Source: an uncultured virus (IMG/VR IMGVR_UViG_3300008624_000002) (taxonomy: Duplodnaviria > Heunggongvirae > Uroviricota > Caudoviricetes). From it: a DNA stretch of 64,000 nucleotides. Each line of letters opens with the position of its first letter. Positions within the stretch are counted from its first letter, which is position 1. Location: IMG/VR virus record IMGVR_UViG_3300008624_000002; one strand, given 5' to 3'. This document shows positions 17,730 to 29,300 of this stretch, one piece after another. The translations under genes and the position numbers were made by a program. The notes below the pieces were generated by a model. It did no database searches. It was not told the origin of the DNA and worked only from the letters and a program-made list of their open reading frames with translations.

Positions 17730-17934
17730 GTAATTTCTCTACTATTTCTTCCAATAAATTTTTAATTTCTGATACTTCTTCCTTTAAAGTATTTATCTCT
17801 TCTTTCTGATTTCTCATCAGTTGTCTTCTTCTCATTGTCAATCTATATTGTTCTGTATCGGTGTTGATAATTGCTTGAGAACTTTCTTCTCTTACTATAT
17901 CACTATGACCTTCTACATTAATATATTGTTTCAT
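17722..17934 (-). CDS. Small coiled-coil virion-associated protein
   Basis: VEGHSDIVRE..S.AIIN...EINTLKEEVSEIKNLL, typical downstream of DUF4815 genes; start moved to the ATG at 17934. Confidence 0.6.
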   Translation of the reverse strand: MKQYINVEGHSDIVREESSQAIINTDTEQYRLTMRRRQLMRNQKEEINTLKEEVSEIKNLLEEIVEKLHG

Positions 17935-17938
17935 AATA

Positions 17939-20900
17939 TTATGCCAGTGCAATACATCTAAGCGATGTCACTAATGGAACAATCGAAGTATTTTTTGCCT
18001 GGCCAACTATCTTCACTACAAAACCTGTGAACTCTGGTAAACCATCAGCAGTATATTCATACTCTTTAAAGTTTCTAGCATCTTGTTCTATTGCTGTATC
18101 TGGCGCACCTGTTGTGTTGAAGAATTCAAACCCTAAATCATCTATAGGTGTTGTTTCATCATTCTTCAATATTTTATACATAAATTTTAAATCTGTGTCT
18201 GGCGGTCTAAAGTTATCTGAAATAACTTTCAATTGCGTTGCAGGATTCTTAAGATTAACTTTTCTTGTTATATAAACCATTGCGTTATTGTCGCCATCTG
18301 GTTCTGTTGAATCTATATAAACTGAATTTGTTGTTAAATCAGCTGAAGAATCGATATCGTTAATTCTATTCATAATACCTAAACAACCAATTGTTCCAAT
18401 ATCGACAACTGGAGATACATTCTGATTACTAGTGTAGAATTGTAATCTACATTCAAACGATTTACTTGTAGTTCCGCCTGTTTGTTCTTCTTGTTCGTTT
18501 ATACTTGATGAAATTATACTTGGTCTCTCAAAGTAATTGTTATCATTCAATGTTATGAAATCGTTTGTTGAGCGTAATGTATATGTTGTATCTAATGAAG
18601 AAGACTCAGGAGAATTTGTTCCTGTTCTTCTTACACTACTAATCATTGCACAATCTTTATAGGTCAAAGAAGGTATCATTGTATGTAATACATCATAATA
18701 CAAGTTTTTAGTCATATAAGAAGTCTCACCACCACCTATTGTCGATTCAACAGCGTTAGTGTAATCTAAACCATAACTTGTTAAATCTGGTGTGCAAGTG
18801 AACGAATCTATTTCATAGTTTCCAATATTAGCAAAACTTTTATTAATGGCCGCAATTGGTATACCACCCAATGTGTCTCCAATTGTTGTAATACCGACTG
18901 TGAATGTTTGACTGTTAATTGTGACTGTGATTGTCTCTGTAGTTGTATATCCATAACCTGGATCAACAATACTAATAGCATTTACTGCATCTGTATCACT
19001 TGCATCAACAACTACTTTTACTTTCAGACCTATACCTGAACCACTACTAGCTACTGAAGCCTCTGTACCGCCGCCTGAACCTGTTGTATAAGTCTGAGCT
19101 GTCACAGCACCAGTAATCGCACTTGGTGTTGCAAGTTTAAGTGCTCCGTTTGATTTATCTCCTTCAACTCCCCATATAACGACATTTGAATCTGTATCGT
19201 ATAATCCATGAGCGTAAGAGTAAACTCTAAAGAATGGTTGATTGTTATAAACTTCTATTGAGTTATTTTGTAATTTTGATTCTGGTAAATGTGCATTTTC
19301 AAATATAACATTTGCATATGCGTTTGTTGTAAACTTAGCAGTTTTCATGTTAAATTTGAGGTCATCTGTTTGTTCTGCTGTCCATGTAGATGCATTTTGT
19401 GACATAAACAATGAACCAGCATATGGTTGACCTGATATAGTTTGTCCTGTAATTAAATCTTTTTCACCCATTCTTGATATGAAACAATTGTAATCTGTTG
19501 AATTAGTGTATACTACGAAACAATATTCTTGCATGTCTTCTAAGTATACTGGTGATTCGAATGTAAATGTTGTTGCAGATGAACCATCTTCTGAAATATT
19601 AACATCAGCAGGATTCTTTGTGACTATTGAAAATGGTATTGTCACTTGGCCTGGATAACCATTAACCATATTTCTAATTTCTATAGAAACAGGTAGACTT
19701 GCAGATTTAGATTTAAAGTATACATCTATAGATGTTAAGAACATACCACCATCTGATTCTACTAAGAATGATTCTGCTAATGGGTCACTCCAACCTCTTG
19801 GTTCTGGTTCCAATCTAAATGGAAAGTTTCTATTGAAGTCTTGTAATGTTTCCATTCTATCACCTACAGGCAATGCAACTGGTTGTGGCACTGGTACCGG
19901 AACTGGCACTGGCGCCGGAACTGGTGCAGGTGCTGGAACTGGTGCAGGCACTGGAGCAGGTGTCGGTGCCGGAGGTGGTGATACAATCGGTAATGTTGCA
20001 GCCGGAGGTGGTGGTGGCGGCGCAACTGGTTGTGGTGGCGCCGGAGGCGGAGGTGGTGGTAATGAACCATCTTGTGTCACATTTTGTCTCTCACCTTTCC
20101 TGACTATTGTTCTTTCGCCTGTTAGTCTCTCTGTGACTACTCTACCATTTCTCGTTGAAACAACTTCTGTTTGTGAACTGTTTAATAATCCTTGTGCTTG
20201 ATACATTCCACTACCTGATGAATCTGGATTACTCAGATTCGTTGCACTAGAGGTAACTCTAAGTTCTCTTTGTCCTGTTGGGAATCTTTGATAAGTATCA
20301 TTTGGTATATTGAAATGACATATTACTTTACCATTACCATCTGTTTTTACTCCAGATGCAACTGTTGTTCCACTATCTTGTGAATAAGTTGCTGAATCTG
20401 GTCTTACATATTGGTCTACTCTGATACCATCAAAGTATATGTAATGGTTCGTAAATGGTTTTAAGTTTGTTGCTGTTACCTTTATTTCTCTACTTCTGAT
20501 AAAAGGTATAACAGATACACTTACAATTCTGTTGTTTCTTGTTTCTACGAAGTCTTCAACTACTGATGTATTAACTCCTTGTCTTGACTGAACTTCTGGT
20601 GTATCAGTAATTTCTTTTCCTATTATTGTTCCTTGAACCCATTCACCACCTTGAGCAGGGTCACCAGACCACGAACCAGGTACTGTTGATTCAACAGATG
20701 TATCTACAACTGTTGGTTCACCAACCCATGTCGTTTGCCAGTTATTCCAAACTGTTCCAAGTGAGTTAGCATTTTCAGCAAGAACAGCATCAAAGTTTCC
20801 TTCTCTATTAATTCTAACTTCTGGTAATTGTTCTGAATCATTCCATATATCTGATTCTGGTTCTAATTTTACATTACCTATAAATGCGAATACATGATAT

Positions 20901-23900
20901 GGATTAACATTAACATGTCTTGATGCTTTACTTTGATTCACATATGATGATTGTGTATAAGGTAATGTAATTAAGTCACCAGTCTTTTGGTAACCTGATG
21001 AATATGATGTGTTTAAATTTATATCAAAGAATTGTGAATATGATTGTGGTCTTAATTGACCAACTTTAGTATCGATACCAACATGATAATCTGGATGAGA
21101 TACATCACCAATCTTATGGCCTCTAAAGTTATCTACTAAGAAACCTGATTTGTATCTATCGAAACCGTCTGCATCTAAAATTTGTTTTGTTTGTGTATCT
21201 TTCTCTAATAAGGATAATGCAGTGACCCTTTCTAGAGTTGTGACTCTTTGATTGATTTTACCAATGTCACCCATTGTGAATCTTCGATAATCTTTTGACT
21301 TAACAGTTATTTCACTTACCTTTTGTGTGAAGGCAGGAATGAACAATTCAAATAATTCTAATGCATCATCAATTGCGATAGGTCTTTGTGGTGTTATTGA
21401 AGGATTACCTTGTGATACTTCCCATGAACCACTTCTATGTAAGAATACTTTATCAATTCTTGGAACATAGAAAGTAATATTACCTTTAATCATTGATGTT
21501 GGTAATGCACATCTTGAATAAGATGACCTTGCAGTTGTTATGTCAGCATTTGAATTACCATCAATATCTGCTCTTGTGGCCTCAAAACTTCTTGCTTCAT
21601 AAGCAAACGGAGATTTTAATATACCTTCACCATTACCTGCTGTTCCAAATGCACTCAAGTCTAAGATTGATGTTTGGTCATATATATAACTATTACCACC
21701 AAAAGTAGCGTTACCAAATAACTGACCAACTGATGGTCTAAAGTCTACTGCATCTGCAAGTTCAAATTGACCATCTGGTTCGAAACCACCCAAGTCAACT
21801 TTGTTTGGTGAAAAGTTTGGAATATCTTTATATGCAATACCAGAATATGATGATACATCATAGAAGTCACCAGAACCACCTGTGAACATATCAAAGATAA
21901 CTGTTATCTGATTGTTTGGTGTAGGTTCGCCTTGTTTTAAAACTAGTTTAGCGTGGTCATAATAACCATCTCTTTGACCATTGTCTAAAGAATATCTGTT
22001 TGTAATCTCTGGTGAATTAGTTCCTATAGATGTTAGAGTTCCAATTGCACCTGATGTTTCATCTACTATTGTTTCGCCTGCTGTGAATGTGTGGTTTGTT
22101 AGATAATAGAAGTATGATGTAGTATCATCTCCATTCCAATCTATTAATTTTGCACGAACACCCGATGTTTGTCCTTTAATAATATTACCTGTTGCGAAAG
22201 CTCCCGATGTTTGGTCTATTACTGCATTGGGTGGTGTTGCGACACTATTTGTTGTTGTACCTGGAACTGCCTCAAATATTCCTCTTATCTTATATACATC
22301 TGCAACACCAAGTGATAATTCTTTATGGTCATATGCAGTTCCATAGAATGGATTGTCTGTATGAGAATCACTCTTACTGAATCTTACAGCACGAAACTCT
22401 CGTAAATTTTTTGCTTTAGCGGTAGGATTTGTGACACTTACTGTATACGATGCTCTTACTATTGCATTTTGGTCAGCACTGGTACCGATTGTGACGGTTG
22501 CTCCAGATATGGTTACATCATCACCTTGTAATACTGCACCATTACCTCTTCCCGAAGATGGACTTCCTGAAGCTTTTACTATTGCGAATTGATAGTTATC
22601 GTTGTTCTTTGGTTCAAAACTTTCGCTATTTTCTTTTGTTAATGTTATCTCACCACTACTTCCTACTGTAAATTCTTTTTGATATCTGACTGTAATTTCT
22701 GTTGGTGTATTTCCAGATACTTTATCTCTAGGCCATGCAAATATTGATGCAGATTGGTCTTGGTCATAAAGTTTAGCTCTTCTTCTTAAAAGACCAACTT
22801 GAACAGCAGCGGTTACACCTGTGGTTGCAACTGTTTGAGCGGTTGAGTTATCAGTAATTGTGTTGATTACTCGAGCATTACCTCCACCATCTAATATGAT
22901 ATCGCCTTTTCTTAGTTCTGTCAAGAACGCAGTTCCTACACCTGTGATAGCACCACCGGTTGTAATTGTTGCAAGGCCTGATATAATTTTATCATGGTCT
23001 GTTGCGACATTAGCAGTAAAGTTTTGCGTAGCACCAGTCTCACTAGATTTAGTTTGACCAACACCTCTTGCATCTTCTATTTGGAAACTTCTTACACTAC
23101 TAATTGTTGTGCTACTTGAATGTGTTCCTGCACCCTTTACTGTTAAATAATCTAATGTTGTAAATTTTCCGACAACATCGTGAAGCATGACAAAATCCTG
23201 CGGATGATTTTGATATGCAACTATACCTGTTGCACCTGATGTTGAACCTGTGACTTTATCACCAACTTTCATACTGTTTATTCCGAGTATATTACTTCCA
23301 TATGAAAGCATTGTAAACATCTTGATATCAAATAGATATAAGTTGTCGTAAGTTGACGAATATTCGTCTATGTTTCTGACTCTTGCCCAACCAATATGAC
23401 CAACACTGTTTGCACTTTCATATGCTTCTAATGTTCCATTTGTTGTTGGTGCAGTATCGAATATTTGAATTGGACTATATGAAGAAGTCGCAGTTGAATC
23501 TCCAAACTCTGGATATCCATGAGCATCATTTATTCTTAATTTGTTTCCTAATCTAGCGGGTGTGTTTGCGTTTGTAAGTGATTCTGTTGTTCTTGCCTTG
23601 TTTAATTCTAGATTGGTTGTTCCTGTTTTGTCTATTGAGTAACCTTTAACATATGCTTTACCTGGCGATACTTGCATGATGAATTTACTCTCATCACCAC
23701 CTTCCCATGCTTCATAGAACCCTCTGTTGAAAGTTCCATCGTTTAAGTGTTCTCTAAATGAATGTGTGAATTGGTTTAATACAAAATCACCATTTGCATC
23801 AAATGTTCGTTGTGCAAGTGTGTTTTCTATATGACTATAAATTGGTCTATTTATTTCTAACTCTATAATACCTTCATTAACTCTACCCAATTCTATAAAG

Positions 23901-24736
23901 TTCGTATCTGTCGTAGCAGTTAGGGTATACTTACTCAAAGTAAGCGTAAACTTCAGTCTATCAGCGCCTGGTGCGTTCTCATTGGTGGTTCCTTGTGAAT
24001 TATCTAATAGAGATGTATCACTAGATGAATCTATTAATGACTCTGTTATGTCTAGACCAACTCTATAAGAAGGTTTACCATTGTACTTTTCTAATACAAT
24101 TGTTTGTGCATCTGTTTTAACAAAATAACCTCTTAAGAATACTACACCTTCTGCGATTTTAGCAATAGATGCACGACCAACTGGTGTATCACCAGATTGT
24201 TTGACTTTAAATTCGTTATTATTAGCAGCTGAACTAGGTGCACCAGCAGAAGACAAAGTGACTTCACTTATCTCTTCTGATGCAGTGAATCTTTCTGAAT
24301 TATTTGTTGTAGATGTTCCGTCTGTTCCTTGTTGTAGATATTTTACAATAAGAGTATCAGGGTCTGTTCCTGTTTGAGCAACTGTTGTTACCACTTCTCC
24401 GATTACACCAGATGTTTCACCTTGATATATTTTACCTACAGAACTAGTTAAGTATGAACTGACATCTTCTGTTCCTGATGTATTTGGATTTGTTGCATCA
24501 ACTTTAACGAACTCGACATCCATATCGATGTCGGTTTGGGCACCATTAACAATGGAACCTTCCTTGAACATATGATTACCAAATCGTTGGATTTGATTTT
24601 GTAATATCGATTGCGATTGAGTTAGTTCTCTTGCCTGTAGTGGTCTACCTGCTCTAAATAAAACCTTGTGGTAATTATCTGATTCTGAGTAATCATCGTA
24701 GTATGGTGTTATGTTTAAGTCCGTTTTCTCTGACAT
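17939..24736 (-). CDS. Large baseplate/structural protein, DUF4815 (VrlC-like)
   Basis: 2265 aa; N-terminal PYYDDY...KVLFR.GRPLQARELTQ.QSILQNQI; GFLVDNF; DPLAESF; NASTWT. Confidence 0.85.
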   Translation of the reverse strand: MSEKTDLNITPYYDDYSESDNYHKVLFRAGRPLQARELTQSQSILQNQIQRFGNHMFKEGSIVNGAQTDIDMDVEFVKVDATNPNTSGTEDVSSYLTSSVGKIYQGETSGVIGEVVTTVAQTGTDPDTLIVKYLQQGTDGTSTTNNSERFTASEEISEVTLSSAGAPSSAANNNEFKVKQSGDTPVGRASIAKIAEGVVFLRGYFVKTDAQTIVLEKYNGKPSYRVGLDITESLIDSSSDTSLLDNSQGTTNENAPGADRLKFTLTLSKYTLTATTDTNFIELGRVNEGIIELEINRPIYSHIENTLAQRTFDANGDFVLNQFTHSFREHLNDGTFNRGFYEAWEGGDESKFIMQVSPGKAYVKGYSIDKTGTTNLELNKARTTESLTNANTPARLGNKLRINDAHGYPEFGDSTATSSYSPIQIFDTAPTTNGTLEAYESANSVGHIGWARVRNIDEYSSTYDNLYLFDIKMFTMLSYGSNILGINSMKVGDKVTGSTSGATGIVAYQNHPQDFVMLHDVVGKFTTLDYLTVKGAGTHSSSTTISSVRSFQIEDARGVGQTKSSETGATQNFTANVATDHDKIISGLATITTGGAITGVGTAFLTELRKGDIILDGGGNARVINTITDNSTAQTVATTGVTAAVQVGLLRRRAKLYDQDQSASIFAWPRDKVSGNTPTEITVRYQKEFTVGSSGEITLTKENSESFEPKNNDNYQFAIVKASGSPSSGRGNGAVLQGDDVTISGATVTIGTSADQNAIVRASYTVSVTNPTAKAKNLREFRAVRFSKSDSHTDNPFYGTAYDHKELSLGVADVYKIRGIFEAVPGTTTNSVATPPNAVIDQTSGAFATGNIIKGQTSGVRAKLIDWNGDDTTSYFYYLTNHTFTAGETIVDETSGAIGTLTSIGTNSPEITNRYSLDNGQRDGYYDHAKLVLKQGEPTPNNQITVIFDMFTGGSGDFYDVSSYSGIAYKDIPNFSPNKVDLGGFEPDGQFELADAVDFRPSVGQLFGNATFGGNSYIYDQTSILDLSAFGTAGNGEGILKSPFAYEARSFEATRADIDGNSNADITTARSSYSRCALPTSMIKGNITFYVPRIDKVFLHRSGSWEVSQGNPSITPQRPIAIDDALELFELFIPAFTQKVSEITVKSKDYRRFTMGDIGKINQRVTTLERVTALSLLEKDTQTKQILDADGFDRYKSGFLVDNFRGHKIGDVSHPDYHVGIDTKVGQLRPQSYSQFFDINLNTSYSSGYQKTGDLITLPYTQSSYVNQSKASRHVNVNPYHVFAFIGNVKLEPESDIWNDSEQLPEVRINREGNFDAVLAENANSLGTVWNNWQTTWVGEPTVVDTSVESTVPGSWSGDPAQGGEWVQGTIIGKEITDTPEVQSRQGVNTSVVEDFVETRNNRIVSVSVIPFIRSREIKVTATNLKPFTNHYIYFDGIRVDQYVRPDSATYSQDSGTTVASGVKTDGNGKVICHFNIPNDTYQRFPTGQRELRVTSSATNLSNPDSSGSGMYQAQGLLNSSQTEVVSTRNGRVVTERLTGERTIVRKGERQNVTQDGSLPPPPPPAPPQPVAPPPPPPAATLPIVSPPPAPTPAPVPAPVPAPAPVPAPVPVPVPVPQPVALPVGDRMETLQDFNRNFPFRLEPEPRGWSDPLAESFLVESDGGMFLTSIDVYFKSKSASLPVSIEIRNMVNGYPGQVTIPFSIVTKNPADVNISEDGSSATTFTFESPVYLEDMQEYCFVVYTNSTDYNCFISRMGEKDLITGQTISGQPYAGSLFMSQNASTWTAEQTDDLKFNMKTAKFTTNAYANVIFENAHLPESKLQNNSIEVYNNQPFFRVYSYAHGLYDTDSNVVIWGVEGDKSNGALKLATPSAITGAVTAQTYTTGSGGGTEASVASSGSGIGLKVKVVVDASDTDAVNAISIVDPGYGYTTTETITVTINSQTFTVGITTIGDTLGGIPIAAINKSFANIGNYEIDSFTCTPDLTSYGLDYTNAVESTIGGGETSYMTKNLYYDVLHTMIPSLTYKDCAMISSVRRTGTNSPESSSLDTTYTLRSTNDFITLNDNNYFERPSIISSSINEQEEQTGGTTSKSFECRLQFYTSNQNVSPVVDIGTIGCLGIMNRINDIDSSADLTTNSVYIDSTEPDGDNNAMVYITRKVNLKNPATQLKVISDNFRPPDTDLKFMYKILKNDETTPIDDLGFEFFNTTGAPDTAIEQDARNFKEYEYTADGLPEFTGFVVKIVGQAKNTSIVPLVTSLRCIALA

Positions 24737-24792
24737 AGTTTATTCTTCTTTAGTCTGTTTATAAATTAATGTCTCCTATAAGGAGACACAAA

Positions 24793-26274
24793 TTACATTT
24801 CAATAATCAGTTTGATATCTTCAATCTGGTCTGCAGCTCTTGAGACTGCGCCTCTATTCTCGACATAGAGAATTTGGCCTGTAAATCTTGTCAACTCTGG
24901 ATGAGCGGCATTAGCAGCTTTTGAAACACCATCAGAGGTAACAGTTGTAGTTGGACTACCACCACCATTTACATGAACATTGTTAGAGTTTGCAAATGCG
25001 ACATATTCACCACCTACATTTACTACAGGTAGAGTTTTTAAATCATTACCTGACTTAGAAACAACTCTTACTTTAGCAGTAGATGCTGACTCTGTACCAT
25101 TATTGGTAAGTAAATCATCAACTGATATAGCAGTAGCACTAGTAACCGTTATTTGATTAGTTGCAGTCAATGAAGTTAATTGTGTGATAGTACCACCCGA
25201 TGATTGAACCGGATTCTTAATAAGACCAATTCGTCTGAAATCGTTATCAGTTGGGAAATCACCTGAACCTTCAGCAAACTCTAGTCTAGAGTTTACGATA
25301 CAATAGTTTCCACCTAATTCTTCGATTGGGTTTGCACCATGACCATTGATTGGTGAGATAACTGCATGTATAGTTGCGCCTGTACCAGCAGTTAATCCTG
25401 ATATAGTAGAGTTAAGAGTTGGGAACGATGCCCTCTTATAACCTGTTCCATATGAACTTGAATCTTTAAAAGCTACTGAACTTAAAGCACCACTCACAAA
25501 TGATAGAGTTGCAACAGCACCTGAGCCATCACCCTCGACAGCAACATCTAGTGTAAATGTAGTTGTTGAACCATTACTATAGCTTCCACCGGCAGCAGTG
25601 ACTACATAATGATAAATCGCACCATCTACAGCGCCGTTTTCTGCGTCCCATTGAGCAGAACCATCATCTGTTGCAGTAGTTCCGAAACCACCGTTTGTGC
25701 CTGAACCAACAACAGCTGCTTTAGCACCCAAAGTTTTAACTGGTATAAAGTCGTTGGTTACAAATTTAATAACATCTGAAGCGGTTACTGAATACATGAA
25801 AAGCCATATATAACCATCACTCTCGGTATTAATTCCACTAGTATGTTGTGGTTTCTGAGTAGAAACTACTGTAGAACCACCAGATACTCCTGTTTTTATA
25901 CATTTATATACTTTAAATTCGTCTGTTATTACATACCCTCTTCCATCGTAGAAGTTCGATACATTTGTGACATTAGTAGTATTAGAAGCGGAGTAATTAT
26001 CTCTCCATTCGTCATACTTAGTATTTGTTGTCCAGTTGTATCTTACTAATCCGTGTGATATATCAGTGTTTGAAACCTTCTTCAAAGCAATCATGTCTTC
26101 AAATGCGGATATCTCTTCTGATTCTGAATTCGCAGGTGCAGGAGGACTCGTGTCATCTGCCCATGCGTGTGGACGCCCAATGAAAATGTAGTTCGATTGA
26201 CCACTTTCTGCAAAGTCTTCAATGAACTGCTTCGCATTGTGCGTTCTAAATTTTTCTGTGATTATTGCTGCCAT
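24793..26274 (-). CDS. gp8: Baseplate wedge subunit gp8
   Basis: MAAIITEKFR..NA; VYKC; DGYIWLFMY; GHG; NDFRRIGLIKNP; ENR....R..DQIEDIK. Confidence 0.85.
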   Translation of the reverse strand: MAAIITEKFRTHNAKQFIEDFAESGQSNYIFIGRPHAWADDTSPPAPANSESEEISAFEDMIALKKVSNTDISHGLVRYNWTTNTKYDEWRDNYSASNTTNVTNVSNFYDGRGYVITDEFKVYKCIKTGVSGGSTVVSTQKPQHTSGINTESDGYIWLFMYSVTASDVIKFVTNDFIPVKTLGAKAAVVGSGTNGGFGTTATDDGSAQWDAENGAVDGAIYHYVVTAAGGSYSNGSTTTFTLDVAVEGDGSGAVATLSFVSGALSSVAFKDSSSYGTGYKRASFPTLNSTISGLTAGTGATIHAVISPINGHGANPIEELGGNYCIVNSRLEFAEGSGDFPTDNDFRRIGLIKNPVQSSGGTITQLTSLTATNQITVTSATAISVDDLLTNNGTESASTAKVRVVSKSGNDLKTLPVVNVGGEYVAFANSNNVHVNGGGSPTTTVTSDGVSKAANAAHPELTRFTGQILYVENRGAVSRAADQIEDIKLIIEM

Positions 26275-26293
26275 TTTTCTTATAACTCCAAGT

Positions 26294-26301
26294 TATTTAT
26301 A
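26294..26301 (-). promoter_or_regulatory. T4 late promoter TATAAATA (second copy at 26315-26322)
   Basis: Exact consensus upstream of gp8. Confidence 0.75.
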
Positions 26302-26317
26302 TAAGTTGTTCTATTAT

Positions 26318-29300
26318 TTATAATGCATTAAGGGCACTATTTGTAATATTTGATGAATTAACATAGGAACTAAATGCAATATTCGTTCTTCTATTAGCTT
26401 TTGGGTCTAATTCATCGATATACATGGTGCCTAACATGTCATCCATTTGTTTAATACTTAATCCTTCAGGTACAGAAGCTTCTGATAGTATGCCACTGAT
26501 GCCATCTTCCATAAGAATCTTATCTGATTCTGCATCGTTTCCTTGACCAGTTTTCGGTGTCTCATCTAAAATGTAATAAGATATCTTATAACAGTTTTGG
26601 AATGCAATCTTATTTAGTGTCTTTAAAGTTGGACCAATTGGTACAAAGGTATTAACAGTTTGACCTGAATCTTCTTTCACCATAACATCGCCATCTTCAA
26701 ATATCATTCTATCGCCAGCAGAATCACCAGCTTCATAATACATGTAAGGATTATCTAATTCTATTGACCTTTCGGTCACAAAGAACTCTTTTGAATCTTC
26801 TACAGTTTCATCTTCTAATAAGAAACTTCCTGATTCATCTTCTAATAAGATTCTTTCGCCGTGTAAATCTCTGGTGAATGGATCGAATCTTACATAGTTA
26901 AGAGGTTCTTCATTTAAAATTCTGGTACCATCTTCGTTAATTAAAAACTCCTCATCGTCCCAAAATTGAAATACTTTTCCCGAGTCAGCAGGTCTAATTG
27001 CGACATTACCATATTCACTATTCAATGGAACATCTGTATTGTTCACATAGTAATCGTGGTCTGCTGTCTCAAGATTTAATACAGTCACAAGACCATCTCT
27101 TCTAGGAGATTTTTGTATGAATGTATTGAATTCTGTTATAGCGGGTCTTGATGATGCACCAATCTCGCTGTCTAGTTTTGTGTCCAGTGCGGTTGTAATA
27201 AATTCTTTTCTATTGAGTATGTTGACATGACCTGCACCATCTTCTCTGCCTGTATCATTTACACCTTGTGCATCTTTCCACTGGAATATCATGTCTTGTG
27301 CATTAACTTCTGCCTGTGTAGTATACAACAATACTACAGTTTCTTTAGATGTCTGAGCAATATTGTCTCTTGAATCTTCGTTCTCTAATAGAGAGTTGTT
27401 TTCTAATAATACTCTTATCTTCGCACCAGAACCATCTGTCGGCGAATCTTCCATTAACACATTGTCTGTTGGGTATGAAGGTATAATAATAGTTGGTACG
27501 AATGTGGTACTTGGTACCATATTATTCTGTGGATTAACTTCAAATGGTGGACTTCTAACACCATCAAGTGAAGAACCCAATAGTAAAGATTCATGGGCAA
27601 CTTCACCAAAGAAGATATGACCAGATGGATGAACTAAATCTTTTACGATTGAACGATAACTGTTTATACTCTCACCAACTTTAATGATGTAAGAGTGTGT
27701 TTGATAGAACTTACTATCTTGTATGTTCCCTACTTCTGATGATACATAACCTTTATCACTTAAGAAATTGTCGTTTAATAAACCTTCACCTGCAACTTTA
27801 CCTCTTGCAGTATAAGGATCATTTTTAAGTATAAGGAAAGTATCACTACTCTGGAAATTAACTTGTTCATCTTCAATGAACATACCATTAAGATTTTTAT
27901 ACTTAAGAATATGTCTTATAGCATCGTATGCCTGAACTTGTGCTGTTGCACCCGATTTACTTCCTGTTATTACTACATCTTTGTTTAATGTTGATGTTGG
28001 TGTTCTAATCAACATGTTATGATAAGTCGTTGCCGTATCTATAACAGCGTCTGCATCAAACTTATTACCTTGATTGTATATCGTAAGTTTCTCTACAGCA
28101 CCAATTTGTGATGACCATGCGTATATCTTTGCGCCTTGACCATCGGATACTTTTCCACTAACAAGTGTTTTTGCAGTAGAAGTGTTCGAACCTGTTATAG
28201 TTTCACCGTCTTGGAATGCACCAGTATTAGAACTAGCTCTCTTAATTAATAATCTGTTATTTGGTATGTCTAGTCTAAGAATAGTTCCTGTTGCGTTTGA
28301 TGTTGCGCCAGTAATGTTTTCTCCTTTCTGGAAGTCTGATGGTGTTGAATCTTCTCCACCATTTGTTATACTTTCAAAGTATAACCAACCACCTGGAAAT
28401 ACTGACGGCAATTTTTCGTAACCTGAACCAGGATTTGTTATTTGAATTCTTCTAATTCTTTGGTCTGTTGAAGTGATACTTCCTGCGTTAGTAGTTTTGT
28501 ATCCATCTAACAAAACTTCATTACCATCTTCCATTAAGAGTCTACTTTTATCTGTAAATATCTCTACTCTTTCTCCACCTGTTAGATTCGGATTAGTTGT
28601 GAATGTTATATTATCTGGTGCGAATGAATATGTTGATTGTGCTTGAACTATACCATCTATATGAACTTCTAGTTTACCATGCATCAAGTTTATTGCAATA
28701 GGTTTGTTGTGGTCATCTCTAACAGCAGCGCCATTACTTACACCACCAAATACTGTTTGGTTTGCAACAGCAGTTATTTCATATTGTTCAAATGCGAGAG
28801 CATCTTCTAAGATTAACTCATCACCTGTTGAACCAATAATCGCCTCTGCACCACCACCTGCTGTAGCATCGTCATCAAATACAATCATATCTCCGGAGAC
28901 ATAATCTTGTCCACCGTCTTCGATGTAAATGGTTTCAATACCACCTCTCGATAAACCTGTTATGTTTGTATCTGCTCGTAAGGTATCTGTATCTAATTTA
29001 CCACCTGTGAAATTAACAATATCTTGCGCTTCATACATCGAACCTTTAGATACTTCTTCTAATAGTAAACCATTTCCATCTTCATCTAATAAATCACCAC
29101 TATCGTCTTCTTGACTTATGTAAATTGAACCCCTTGTAGAGTCTATAGTTGAGACAATACCTTTAAGTGTTCCTGTATATGATGTGACACCATCTCTATC
29201 AATTAATGTAGCAGCTTTGTTCTTGACAAACTCGCCTCTATGAGTATATGAGATAGAAAGACTATATTCTCTATTAGATAAATCAGTAATATATACATTT

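Noticed and set aside
24770..24788. Hairpin TGTCTCCT-ATA-AGGAGACA between gp8 and the DUF4815 gene as a terminator
   Set aside because: The stem is real, but the following U tract is weak on the coding strand; it may be a processing or stability hairpin, so no call was made.
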